A stretch of 64,000 nucleotides of DNA from Eledone cirrhosa (taxonomy: Eukaryota). Positions 42,216-64,000 of this stretch are shown one piece after another. Location of the stretch: NCBI GenBank assembly GCA_964016885.1, contig OZ024741.1, positions 62,000,001 to 62,064,000 of the forward strand, in the 5' to 3' direction. A program made the translations under genes and the position numbers. The notes beneath the pieces were generated by a model. It was not told the origin of the DNA and made no database searches. It saw only the letters and a program-made list of their open reading frames with translations. Each line of letters starts with the position of its first letter. The first letter of the stretch is position 1.

Positions 42216-43265
42216 TCTGTATATATATAAAATTAAGTATGTGTGTGCGTCTGTGTGTCTGTGTATTACCTATAGGGGCCTACATCTTACGACCGATTTT
42301 CATGAATCTTTATAGGCTCATAGATCATAGATTAGTCATCAGGGAGTGTTTTCTATATATCAGCGTACCGTTTTATTTATTCCTGGGTCATTCCGCAGAT
42401 AAGAATCAATAGGAAGGTCACCTTTTTTTAGGTATCAAAAAATAAGATTTTTGGCTCTAGCTCCCACATTTTGCAAAATAGAATTTATCATTGCACATCC
42501 TGTAATGGCTTTATATTTTGCATTTGAGGTTCATGGACGGCGTGGCAGCCGCTTAAATATTCAAATTTCCACTTTATCGGCTCTAGCTCCCACATTAATC
42601 AATCTACTTTGTTCAAATTTTACACTACGCTAGATCTGATTATTTCGCGTCTTAAAGTGGCTTTACATTTGGGATTTTTTTTGTTCAGGAACTTTTAAAT
42701 ATTCGAAAATACCAGTTTTTCGCTCAAATTTCCGCCTTTTCGGCTCTAGCTCCCACATTTTTCAACCGATTTCGTTCAAATTCGAAACTTCGGCTCCACC
42801 TCACACATAAATCAATTTATTTGGTTCAACTTTTATACTACGATAGAACCTATCATTGCACATCTTATAGTAGCTTTACACTTTGCATTTTTTGTTCAGG
42901 GACGGCCGCGTTTCTCAGTGATAGAGCTCCTCATCACCCTCCCCCGCATGGCCTGTGCGTGGCCATAGATGAGTCATCGAGAAGCAGTCGCTAAGATCAA
43001 CACCTTTTCATCAAAGCAGATATTATTTTTCCTATCCAGTGCGGTGGATTGGCAGTATCGGTAGAGGGTCGGACGCCATGCTTTCCAGCATGGTTATGTC
43101 CCTTTACGATCTGTGTTCAAATCCCGCCGAGGTTGACTTTGCCTTTCATCCTTACGGGGTCGATAAAATAAAGTACCAGTAATGCACTGGGTAATTTGCT
43201 GGCTTTGTGCCTAAAGTAGAAACAATTATTTTTCCTGCCCAGGCAACGCTGGGTACTGCTGGTAG
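42216..43265 (+). mobile_element. Non-autonomous Helitron, second copy
   Basis: Reverse complement of 28298-29302; A|TC start; hairpin plus GTAG|T end. Confidence 0.75.
43039..43224 (+). mobile_element. SINE nested in the Helitron with a 17-bp TSD
   Basis: attatttttcctatcca (43022-43038) and attatttttcctgccca (43225-43241). Confidence 0.8.
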
Positions 43266-43304
43266 TATATATATAGAGATATAATTTATATATATATATA
43301 TATA

Positions 43305-44785
43305 TTAGTTTTGCGATGTTTTTGATATGAAATCGTATGTCGAAACAAATATTGTTATACTTTGGGAGGGTCATATTTGTGTAATAATATTGCCAGACTT
43401 AATAAGAGAACACACTCACTGTTTGGTTGGTTTTCGCTTTTGTGTCTTTTAAATAGGTTAATTTCATTTATTCGGTCCTCATTGTGCTTGTGTATGTATT
43501 TATTTATTTATTTATTTATTTATTTATGCTTCTCTTAGGTCAGTGTTATTTGTTTGGGTGTTGTTGTTATTCCATTCATTTTTTCTGTTTAGCCTTGGTC
43601 TTCTAAGTTCTATTTCGCTGGCCTTTCTGATTAGCCTATCTGCTGGGTCATTTCTATGTTTAGATATTATTCTAACTTCTATGTTGTCTATGTTACCGTT
43701 GTGTTGTTGTCTGGCATGTTCGTATTGTACTGAACCGTTTTTTCGTCCTTTTAGTTCCCCCAGTGTTGATCTATCCTTTCACCTCTGCTACGAGCTGTCT
43801 CGCCTATGTATGTTGTTATCATGTTTCTGCAAGTACCCTCTGTACATCTTATGCTATAGACTACGTTTCTAGTTTTACAGTTTATCCGGGGGTTTACTCT
43901 ATATATGATACATTTCCTATTAGTACAGTGGGTTTTCTTAAAAGGGTAGGTTTTGCTGATCAGGGATTTTATGGTGGTTCCTGGCTTTTCTAACACCTTA
44001 ATCTTTAAGTGGGTCTTTCTCAGGGCCTTTCTACACTGGTTAGCTAATTTCCCTCCAGGGGTAGCGTCCACAAACATGACACTCTGGTATCTCTGGTTGT
44101 CGTACCATGAGGTGGCTTTCCCTATCTTATGTCTAGTCCTATCTAAGCTATTCCATGATTTGCTCCTGTATAATGGGAAAATTCCTTTCATGTCCAGTTC
44201 TATGAGGGTCTTATACTTCTCCTTGGCTCCTTCGTATACTCTGATTCTGTCTCTTTGGTTGTAGCCAGAGAACAGCATGCGGTTGATGACGTGTTGGATG
44301 TGTCTTTCCATTTCTGTTGGGCCGCACATGCGGGACACGTTCTTCATCACTCGTACCATGTCTACCCTTTTAAGAAAACCAACTCTACTAATAGGGAATG
44401 TATCATATGCAGAGTAAACCTCCGGATAAACTGTAAAACTAGAAACGTAGTCTATAGCATAAGATGTACAGAGGGTACTTGCAGAAACATGACAACAACA
44501 TACATAAGCGAGACATCTCGTAGCATAGGTGAAAGGATAGACCAACACTGGAGGGAACTAAAAGGACGAAAAGACGGTTCAGTACTAAACGAATAGGCCA
44601 GACAGCAACACAATGGTAACATAGACAGCATAGAAGTTAGACTAATATCTAAACATAGAAATGACCCAGCAGATAGGCAAATCAGAGAAGCCAGCGAAAT
44701 AGAACTTAGAAGGCCAAGGCTAAACAGAAAAAATGAATGGAATAACAACAACACCCAAACAAAAAACACTGACATAAGAGAAGCA

Positions 44786-44824
<39 letters not shown>

Positions 44825-45300
44825 ATACATACACAAGCACAATAACAAAAAACACATATAAACACACACTAGTAAACTAAGATAGAATGCATTAACCAAT
44901 ACACAGTCACCCAAACAAGAACACACATCAAACAAAACACTATACACACACGCAAACGCATGCGCAGAGAAGACAAAAAATAAACAAATAAATAAATAAA
45001 TAAACAGACTAAATAAAGATGGCGTAACCATACAATGCAACGGGAGGAAACATAATAGCAACACTGTCGATGTTGCAGATGTGCAACGAAAGAACTTTGG
45101 TAGACTATATATGTGTTTGTGTCTATATTGTATCTGTATTTTTGACCGTTGGTCAGTTAATAGCAACATTGAGGACCGATTAAATAAAATTAACCGATAT
45201 AAAAGACACAGAAGCGAAAACCAATCAAACAGTGAGTGTACTCTGTTATTAATTCTGGCAATATGATTACACAAATATGACCCTCCCCAAGAATGACAAT
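43305..45300. mobile_element. Second insertion of the 1946-7772 PLE family, head-to-head arms (43305-44359 on -, 44360-45300 on +)
   Basis: Same RT C-terminus, GIY-YIG and 3' UTR; junction cgtaccatg|tctaccc; hammerhead-like motif 45055-45108 in the right arm, deleted in the left arm. Confidence 0.9.
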
Positions 45301-45377
45301 AAATATATAGAGAGGGAGATAGATATGTTTATATATAGATGACAGATATATAGTTACTTTATATATATATATAGTTT

Positions 45378-45417
<40 letters not shown>

Positions 45418-45422
<5 letters not shown>

Positions 45423-48400
45423 AGTATGCATGTATACGTACATACATATATGTATACAGACGTACAGTAGCATGCACATATATATATATATATACATATA
45501 TACATACATATGCATACAGGTACACATACATATATGCACGTATCAGTTTAGCGGCGCTAACGTCGCTTTGTTCGTTTGTAAACAAACTGAACAGCCTGAA
45601 TTTATGCCATACGGTGTTAAGGCAACCACGTCACCTTTTTGTTCAACACTGACACAGGAACGATGTACTAGTTTCAAGCTTGTTAGCTATCATCAGCACC
45701 GTTTACCCATCTGCCAGATAGTTGAACGTTCGAAAGTATATACTTTCCTTATGAAAATTAACGGCTGAGCAGCCTAATTTGCATATTGAGTGAGTTAAAT
45801 CGGTCAGGCATACCGAAAACGATAAATTGAAACAAAATGAAAACGAAATTTCATTTCTCACTCTTAGTATGGCACTTACTTAAATGTAAGTATGCATGTA
45901 TACGTACATACATATATGTATACAGACGTACAGTAGCATGCACATATATATATATATATACATATATACATACATATGCATACAGGTACACATACATATA
46001 TGCACGTATCAGTTTAGCGGCGCTAACGTCGCTTTGTTCGTTTGTAAACAAACTGAACAGCCTGAATTTATGCCATACGGTGTTAAGGCAACCACGTCAC
46101 CTTTTTGTTCAACACTGACACAGGAACGATGTACTAGTTTCAAGCTTGTTAGCTATCATCAGCACCGTTTACCCATCTGCCAGATAGTTGAACGTTCGAA
46201 AGTATATACTTTCCTTATGAAAATTAACGGCTGAGCAGCCTAATTTGCATATTGAGTGAGTTAAATCGGTCAGGCATACCGAAAACGATAAATTGAAACA
46301 AAATGAAAACGAAATTTCATTTCTCACTCTTAGTATGGCACTTACTTAAATGTAAGTATGCATGTATACGTACATACATATATGTATACAGACGTACAGT
46401 AGCATGCACATATATATATATATATACATATATACATACATATGCATACAGGTACACATACATATATGCACGTATCAGTTTAGCGGCGCTAACGTCGCTT
46501 TGTTCGTTTGTAAACAAACTGAACAGCCTGAATTTATGCCATACGGTGTTAAGGCAACCACGTCACCTTTTTGTTCAACACTGACACAGGAACGATGTAC
46601 TAGTTTCAAGCTTGTTAGCTATCATCAGCACCGTTTACCCATCTGCCAGATAGTTGAACGTTCGAAAGTATATACTTTCCTTATGAAAATTAACGGCTGA
46701 GCAGCCTAATTTGCATATTGAGTGAGTTAAATCGGTCAGGCATACCGAAAACGATAAATTGAAACAAAATGAAAACGAAATTTCATTTCTCACTCTTAGT
46801 ATGGCACTTACTTAAATGTAAGTATGCATGTATACGTACATACATATATGTATACAGACGTACAGTAGCATGCACATATATATATATATATACATATATA
46901 CATACATATGCATACAGGTACACATACATATATGCACGTATCAGTTTAGCGGCGCTAACGTCGCTTTGTTCGTTTGTAAACAAACTGAACAGCCTGAATT
47001 TATGCCATACGGTGTTAAGGCAACCACGTCACCTTTTTGTTCAACACTGACACAGGAACGATGTACTAGTTTCAAGCTTGTTAGCTATCATCAGCACCGT
47101 TTACCCATCTGCCAGATAGTTGAACGTTCGAAAGTATATACTTTCCTTATGAAAATTAACGGCTGAGCAGCCTAATTTGCATATTGAGTGAGTTAAATCG
47201 GTCAGGCATACCGAAAACGATAAATTGAAACAAAATGAAAACGAAATTTCATTTCTCACTCTTAGTATGGCACTTACTTAAATGTAAGTATGCATGTATA
47301 CGTACATACATATATGTATACAGACGTACAGTAGCATGCACATATATATATATATATACATATATACATACATATGCATACAGGTACACATACATATATG
47401 CACGTATCAGTTTAGCGGCGCTAACGTCGCTTTGTTCGTTTGTAAACAAACTGAACAGCCTGAATTTATGCCATACGGTGTTAAGGCAACCACGTCACCT
47501 TTTTGTTCAACACTGACACAGGAACGATGTACTAGTTTCAAGCTTGTTAGCTATCATCAGCACCGTTTACCCATCTGCCAGATAGTTGAACGTTCGAAAG
47601 TATATACTTTCCTTATGAAAATTAACGGCTGAGCAGCCTAATTTGCATATTGAGTGAGTTAAATCGGTCAGGCATACCGAAAACGATAAATTGAAACAAA
47701 ATGAAAACGAAATTTCATTTCTCACTCTTAGTATGGCACTTACTTAAATGTAAGTATGCATGTATACGTACATACATATATGTATACAGACGTACAGTAG
47801 CATGCACATATATATATATATATACATATATACATACATATGCATACAGGTACACATACATATATGCACGTATCAGTTTAGCGGCGCTAACGTCGCTTTG
47901 TTCGTTTGTAAACAAACTGAACAGCCTGAATTTATGCCATACGGTGTTAAGGCAACCACGTCACCTTTTTGTTCAACACTGACACAGGAACGATGTACTA
48001 GTTTCAAGCTTGTTAGCTATCATCAGCACCGTTTACCCATCTGCCAGATAGTTGAACGTTCGAAAGTATATACTTTCCTTATGAAAATTAACGGCTGAGC
48101 AGCCTAATTTGCATATTGAGTGAGTTAAATCGGTCAGGCATACCGAAAACGATAAATTGAAACAAAATGAAAACGAAATTTCATTTCTCACTCTTAGTAT
48201 GGCACTTACTTAAATGTAAGTATGCATGTATACGTACATACATATATGTATACAGACGTACAGTAGCATGCACATATATATATATATATACATATATACA
48301 TACATATGCATACAGGTACACATACATATATGCACGTATCAGTTTAGCGGCGCTAACGTCGCTTTGTTCGTTTGTAAACAAACTGAACAGCCTGAATTTA

Positions 48401-49489
48401 TGCCATACGGTGTTAAGGCAACCACGTCACCTTTTTGTTCAACACTGACACAGGAACGATGTACTAGTTTCAAGCTTGTTAGCTATCATCAGCACCGTTT
48501 ACCCATCTGCCAGATAGTTGAACGTTCGAAAGTATATACTTTCCTTATGAAAATTAACGGCTGAGCAGCCTAATTTGCATATTGAGTGAGTTAAATCGGT
48601 CAGGCATACCGAAAACGATAAATTGAAACAAAATGAAAACGAAATTTCATTTCTCACTCTTAGTATGGCACTTACTTAAATGTAAGTATGCATGTATACG
48701 TACATACATATATGTATACAGACGTACAGTAGCATGCACATATATATATATATATACATATATACATACATATGCATACAGGTACACATACATATATGCA
48801 CGTATCAGTTTAGCGGCGCTAACGTCGCTTTGTTCGTTTGTAAACAAACTGAACAGCCTGAATTTATGCCATACGGTGTTAAGGCAACCACGTCACCTTT
48901 TTGTTCAACACTGACACAGGAACGATGTACTAGTTTCAAGCTTGTTAGCTATCATCAGCACCGTTTACCCATCTGCCAGATAGTTGAACGTTCGAAAGTA
49001 TATACTTTCCTTATGAAAATTAACGGCTGAGCAGCCTAATTTGCATATTGAGTGAGTTAAATCGGTCAGGCATACCGAAAACGATAAATTGAAACAAAAT
49101 GAAAACGAAATTTCATTTCTCACTCTTAGTATGGCACTTACTTAAATGTAAGTATGCATGTATACGTACATACATATATGTATACAGACGTACAGTAGCA
49201 TGCACATATATATATATATATACATATATACATACATATGCATACAGGTACACATACATATATGCACGTATCAGTTTAGCGGCGCTAACGTCGCTTTGTT
49301 CGTTTGTAAACAAACTGAACAGCCTGAATTTATGCCATACGGTGTTAAGGCAACCACGTCACCTTTTTGTTCAACACTGACACAGGAACGATGTACTAGT
49401 TTCAAGCTTGTTAGCTATCATCAGCACCGTTTACCCATCTGCCAGATAGTTGAACGTTCGAAAGTATATACTTTCCTTATGAAAATTAA

Positions 49490-49491
<2 letters not shown>
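45418..49491 (-). repeat. 466-bp hammerhead tandem array, inverted arm (~8.7 units, 9 ribozymes, first at 45659-45703)
   Basis: Exact 466-nt periodicity of identical ORF-track translations; each unit contains tactagtttcaagcttgttagctatcatcag. Confidence 0.93.
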
Positions 49492-60087
<10,596 letters not shown>

Positions 60088-60099
60088 CTGTTGTTGTTG

Positions 60100-60131
<32 letters not shown>

Positions 60132-60139
60132 GTTATTAC

Positions 60140-63100
60140 TCTTTGAGTCTCAGTCATTGATGTTAGTTAACTGGAAAGTTTGTTGAAATGAATATCAAGC
60201 CACTACCTGCAGCCTCAGATATTCAGGACGTATCGGAGGGTTCTTGCTGTTCCCAGCAAGCATGCCTTTTGAAGTGTTCCAAAAAGCGTGAAGGGGCCAA
60301 TTTTCTTTAACCATCCCTGGAAACTTTTTGAGATAGTCCCTAGTGCGCCTATGACAATCGGGATCACTTTGACTTCATGGCAGTTCCAAATCCTTTTTAC
60401 CTCCCACTTTAAGTCCTGGTATCGGTTAATTTTCTCCCTCTCCTTCTCTTGCACTCTCGTGTCGAATAGGCAGGCCACATCCACAATCAGGCACGATCTT
60501 TTTTCTTTGTCCAAAACCACCAGGTCAGGTCTATTGTGTTCCAGTTTCTTGTCCGTCTGTATCCTAAAATCCCACAGCACCTTCACCAGATCGTTTTCTA
60601 TCACCGACTCTGGCTTATGCTCATACCACTTCTCGGAAAAATGGTAAATTGTTTACTTTGCATAGGTGCCAGTGGATCACCCTGCCCATCACATCATGTC
60701 TCCAGCCCTTATAGTGAGTCTGGGCTAGGTGTTTACACTCGGATACAATGTGAGCCACAGTCTCCTCTCTCTCTCCACAGATCCTGCACAGTGGGCTAGC
60801 CTCCTCCTTGTAAATGTGGTGTTTCAACCACTTCGTTTTGAGGGCCTGCACAGCCATTAACATTCCTTCTGTAGCCTTTTTAATGTCTCCTCTTTTCAAC
60901 CAGTTCCATGTCTGTGGATCTCTAAATTCAGTTTTCTCAAAGAAGGTACTATGAAGGGATTTTTCCTGAAGGCTTCTCTTTCTCCTTGATGTTATTTCCT
61001 CCTTGGACATCCCCTGGCCTATTGTCCCCTCCTTCAGTACAGTTCTGAGCATTGGCTCCTTACTATCAGTCACGTATTTGTGTAGGTTGTTTTTCTCAAT
61101 CTGAACACAGTCCTCTATGCTGATAAGACCTCTTCCACCCTCAGATCTCCTTAAGTAGAGTCTATCGACATCACTCCTCTTGTGGAACATGTTGTAGATA
61201 GTCAATAGCTTCCTAGTCTTCCTATCCATTTCTTTTTGTTCAGCAACATTCCATCTCAGAATTCCCGCACTGTACCTAATAATAGACACAGCTCGGGAAT
61301 GTACTGCACTTATGGCATTCCTACTGTTCAGATGTGACTTCAATACGCTCCTTACTCTCCGAAGTTATTCAGTTCTTATCAATTCCTTCATTTTTTTGTT
61401 CTTGATGTCATCAGCCTCCAGAACGCCCAAATACTTGTATCCTTCCTCAGAGTCAATTTCCTTTATCATCTCACCTGTTGGTATCTGGATTCCGTTACTT
61501 CTGCTCAACTTACCCCTCCTCATCACAATGACTCCACACTTACTAATAACAAATTGCATACATATATCATTGCTGAAAATACGGACAGTGTCAACAAGAA
61601 CATCCAACTCCTTCTCACTCTTCCCGAAGAGCTTAAGATCGTCCATGAAGAGGAGGTGGTTGATGGTAAGCCCTCCCTTTCCCAACCTGTATCCTGCTCT
61701 CACTTTTCGCAGTACACTGGTCAGGGGCATCAGGGCAAGGACAAACAACAGAGGGGACAGACTATCTCCCTGGAAGATACCTCTCTTGATCTTCACGCTT
61801 CCCAAGGATTCTCCAGTTGATGTTAACTCTGTTTCCCAGGACTTCATACTTTTGCCCAACAACTGCCTGATGTTATCTGCCACCTTGAAGATCTCCAGGC
61901 TTTTGGTGATCCAAGAATGAGGCACCATGTCAAATGCCTTTTTGTAGTCTATCCATCCCATGGCAAGACCAGTGTGTCTCCTCTTGCAATTCCTCATTAC
62001 CATCTTATCAATAAGTAACTGGTCCTTTGTACCACGGGACTTCTTTCGGCATCCTTTCTGTTCGTCCGGTAGCAAGTTGTTTGTGTGGAGGTGATGGTAG
62101 ATTTCCTCAGACATAATGCTTGTCAACGGTTTCCACATTACGGACAGACATGTGATAGGTCTATAGTTGGTAACATCATTACCCTTGATTCGGTCTTTCC
62201 TTATCAGAACTGTGGTACCTTTTGTCAACCACTCTGGTACCTCACCTGACATCAAGCAGTCATTGAACATGGTTGTCAGTTTCGGGTGGAGGGATGTTAT
62301 GTTTTTAATCCAATACCCCTGCACACCATCTGGGCCAGGTGATTTCCAGTTGGTTAGTTTTTTGGCCTGCCCCTTAAGAGTTTCAACTGTGATACTCAAA
62401 TCAGTTTGTTGGCGTGCCTGTTCACTGATCTCCTTCTGTACTGTCTCAATCCACACTGCCTGGTCATTATGTTTAACATCCTGCTCCCATATTCCTCTCC
62501 AGAATGTTTTAGTTTGTTCCGCCTCAGGGATCAAGTCGTTGCCTCTTTCTTTCCCTTCAAGCTGTCCAAACAGCATCTTCTGGTTGTTGTCGAACATGCG
62601 GTTCTGTCTATACTGGCTGACCCTGTTCTCGTTTCGCCTGATTTTTGCACTTTTTGCTACAATGCGTTGCTTCAGTTCCTCTATGATAATATTTAGCTTT
62701 TTCCTCCTAGTTTTGTACTTTATTTCCAGTCTATTTTTAGTGTCTATGTTTTTTAGTGTCCCAATCAGTAGGGACTCAAGCTTTCCAATGTCATTTCTCA
62801 TTTCCCTGATTTGACCACTCAGTCGTTTCTTCCACCAAGGCTCTGCTCTTTCTTGTCTGTTGTTTCCTCTCGCTTTTATACCAAGTAGTTTCCTCACCGT
62901 ATTTGCTGTTGCTTTGAGGATATTGTTGCACTGGTGAAGGCTCCTCGCCTCAAAGTATGGGATGACTTTGTTTACCTTAGCTGTTGTTTCTTTTAACTTT
63001 TCCTGTCTACAAATCTTAGGTTCATAGGTCTCCCACTATCATTGTTCAATTCATCTACCACTAAGTTTAGGGTATCTACCAAATCTTGTCCTAGCCCGTC

Positions 63101-63750
63101 AGCACTCATCTCCTCAGTGGCCGTATCTCTGTTCCAGGTATTATTTATCTCAGCATTCAGATCATTGTCTGTTTCGGGTGGTTCCTCCGTTCTCTCGACC
63201 TCTTCAACTTCATTTCCCACTGGCTCGTTTGCCTGGCATACTCCACCCTCCATCTCTCTGCCCAGTTCCTCCAGTTCCAGCTCGCTTATCCACCCATTAG
63301 TTCTTATTACCCGAGCCTGCCCGGCCAGTTTTTGTTCATCTAATTTAAATGGACCAATCTCGTTCCAGATGTTATGCATCCTTTTCCTATAGCCTTTCTC
63401 CTTGGGGTTACTCTTCAGGTAACATTGCATAACAGTTCTATTCAATTCTTTCGTCCAGTTGGTTCTGGTCCCTTTCCTTCTTCTTCTTCCTCCGACACCA
63501 GCAGTATTTGGTTGACAGCCAGGTCCCTGCTGCTGAGCCAGGGAGCACCTGTTGGGTGAGAGTCTGTCACATGACATTCTAGTCTCCATTTCACCGTTAT
63601 TCGAACTGTTTAGGTTCGACATTTAAACACTCTTATCGAGGATTGGCGAATGTATGGTTACATAACCACCGGTGAATTACTTGTCTCCGGTGGTTTCGTC
63701 ACTCCACGTGACTTTTGTGTGGCATTATCACGCTGTAGACGAACCCAAAC
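60140..63750 (-). mobile_element. Near full-length R4/Dong-clade REL LINE with (AAT)n tail
   Basis: Single long ORF with RT (QGDSLSP, LFMDDLK), CCHC (CRIC..HIVSEC), RHD and REL (RPDL..D..K..Y). Confidence 0.92.
60215..63622 (-). pseudogene. LINE RT/REL polyprotein broken by a few stops or frameshifts
   Basis: ORF pieces 62993-63622, 61365-62897, 60621-61343 and 60215-60604 are collinear. Confidence 0.85.
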
Positions 63751-64000
63751 AAACAAACAAACAAACAAACAGGCAGAAAAAAACCCAAAAATGAATAAGC
63801 ATAAGTTTCATTGTAATGTAGTGTTTGAATGTTTGACTTAGTTTTCCCTTCCCTTCTCTGTCCGTCCGTTTGTTTTTCTCTTCATTTTTATTTCCTTTAC
63901 GTTTTTCGTTGTTGCTGTGCTGCTTTGAGTTTGATTTTTGTTGTTTTTTTTTTTTTTATTTTGACCGGGTCATCAATTCAGTATATTTATATATTTTGAT

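Overview
Eukaryotic, AT-rich, repeat-dominated DNA. The SINE types and (TA)n/(CA)n density suggest an octopod cephalopod (inference). No host gene is confidently seen. The window holds decayed Penelope-like elements (PLEs; RT plus GIY-YIG) in head-to-head inverted form, several R4/Dong-type REL LINEs (one nearly full length), RTE fragments, tRNA-derived SINEs and two non-autonomous Helitrons. The main signal is RNA-level. The 14-kb '466-bp satellite' (45418-59468) is an array of about 30 apparently identical units. Each unit carries a type I hammerhead ribozyme with a palindromic minimal stem III, i.e. a non-LTR retrozyme/circRNA-type array, and the array has a PLE-style internal inversion. 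About ten other hammerhead families sit in small palindromic insertions inside (TA)n tracts, and the local PLE has its own hammerhead-like motif. Together these suggest a set of ribozyme-bearing non-coding retroelements mobilised by PLE machinery into TA microsatellites. All folds were read by eye and activity is untested.
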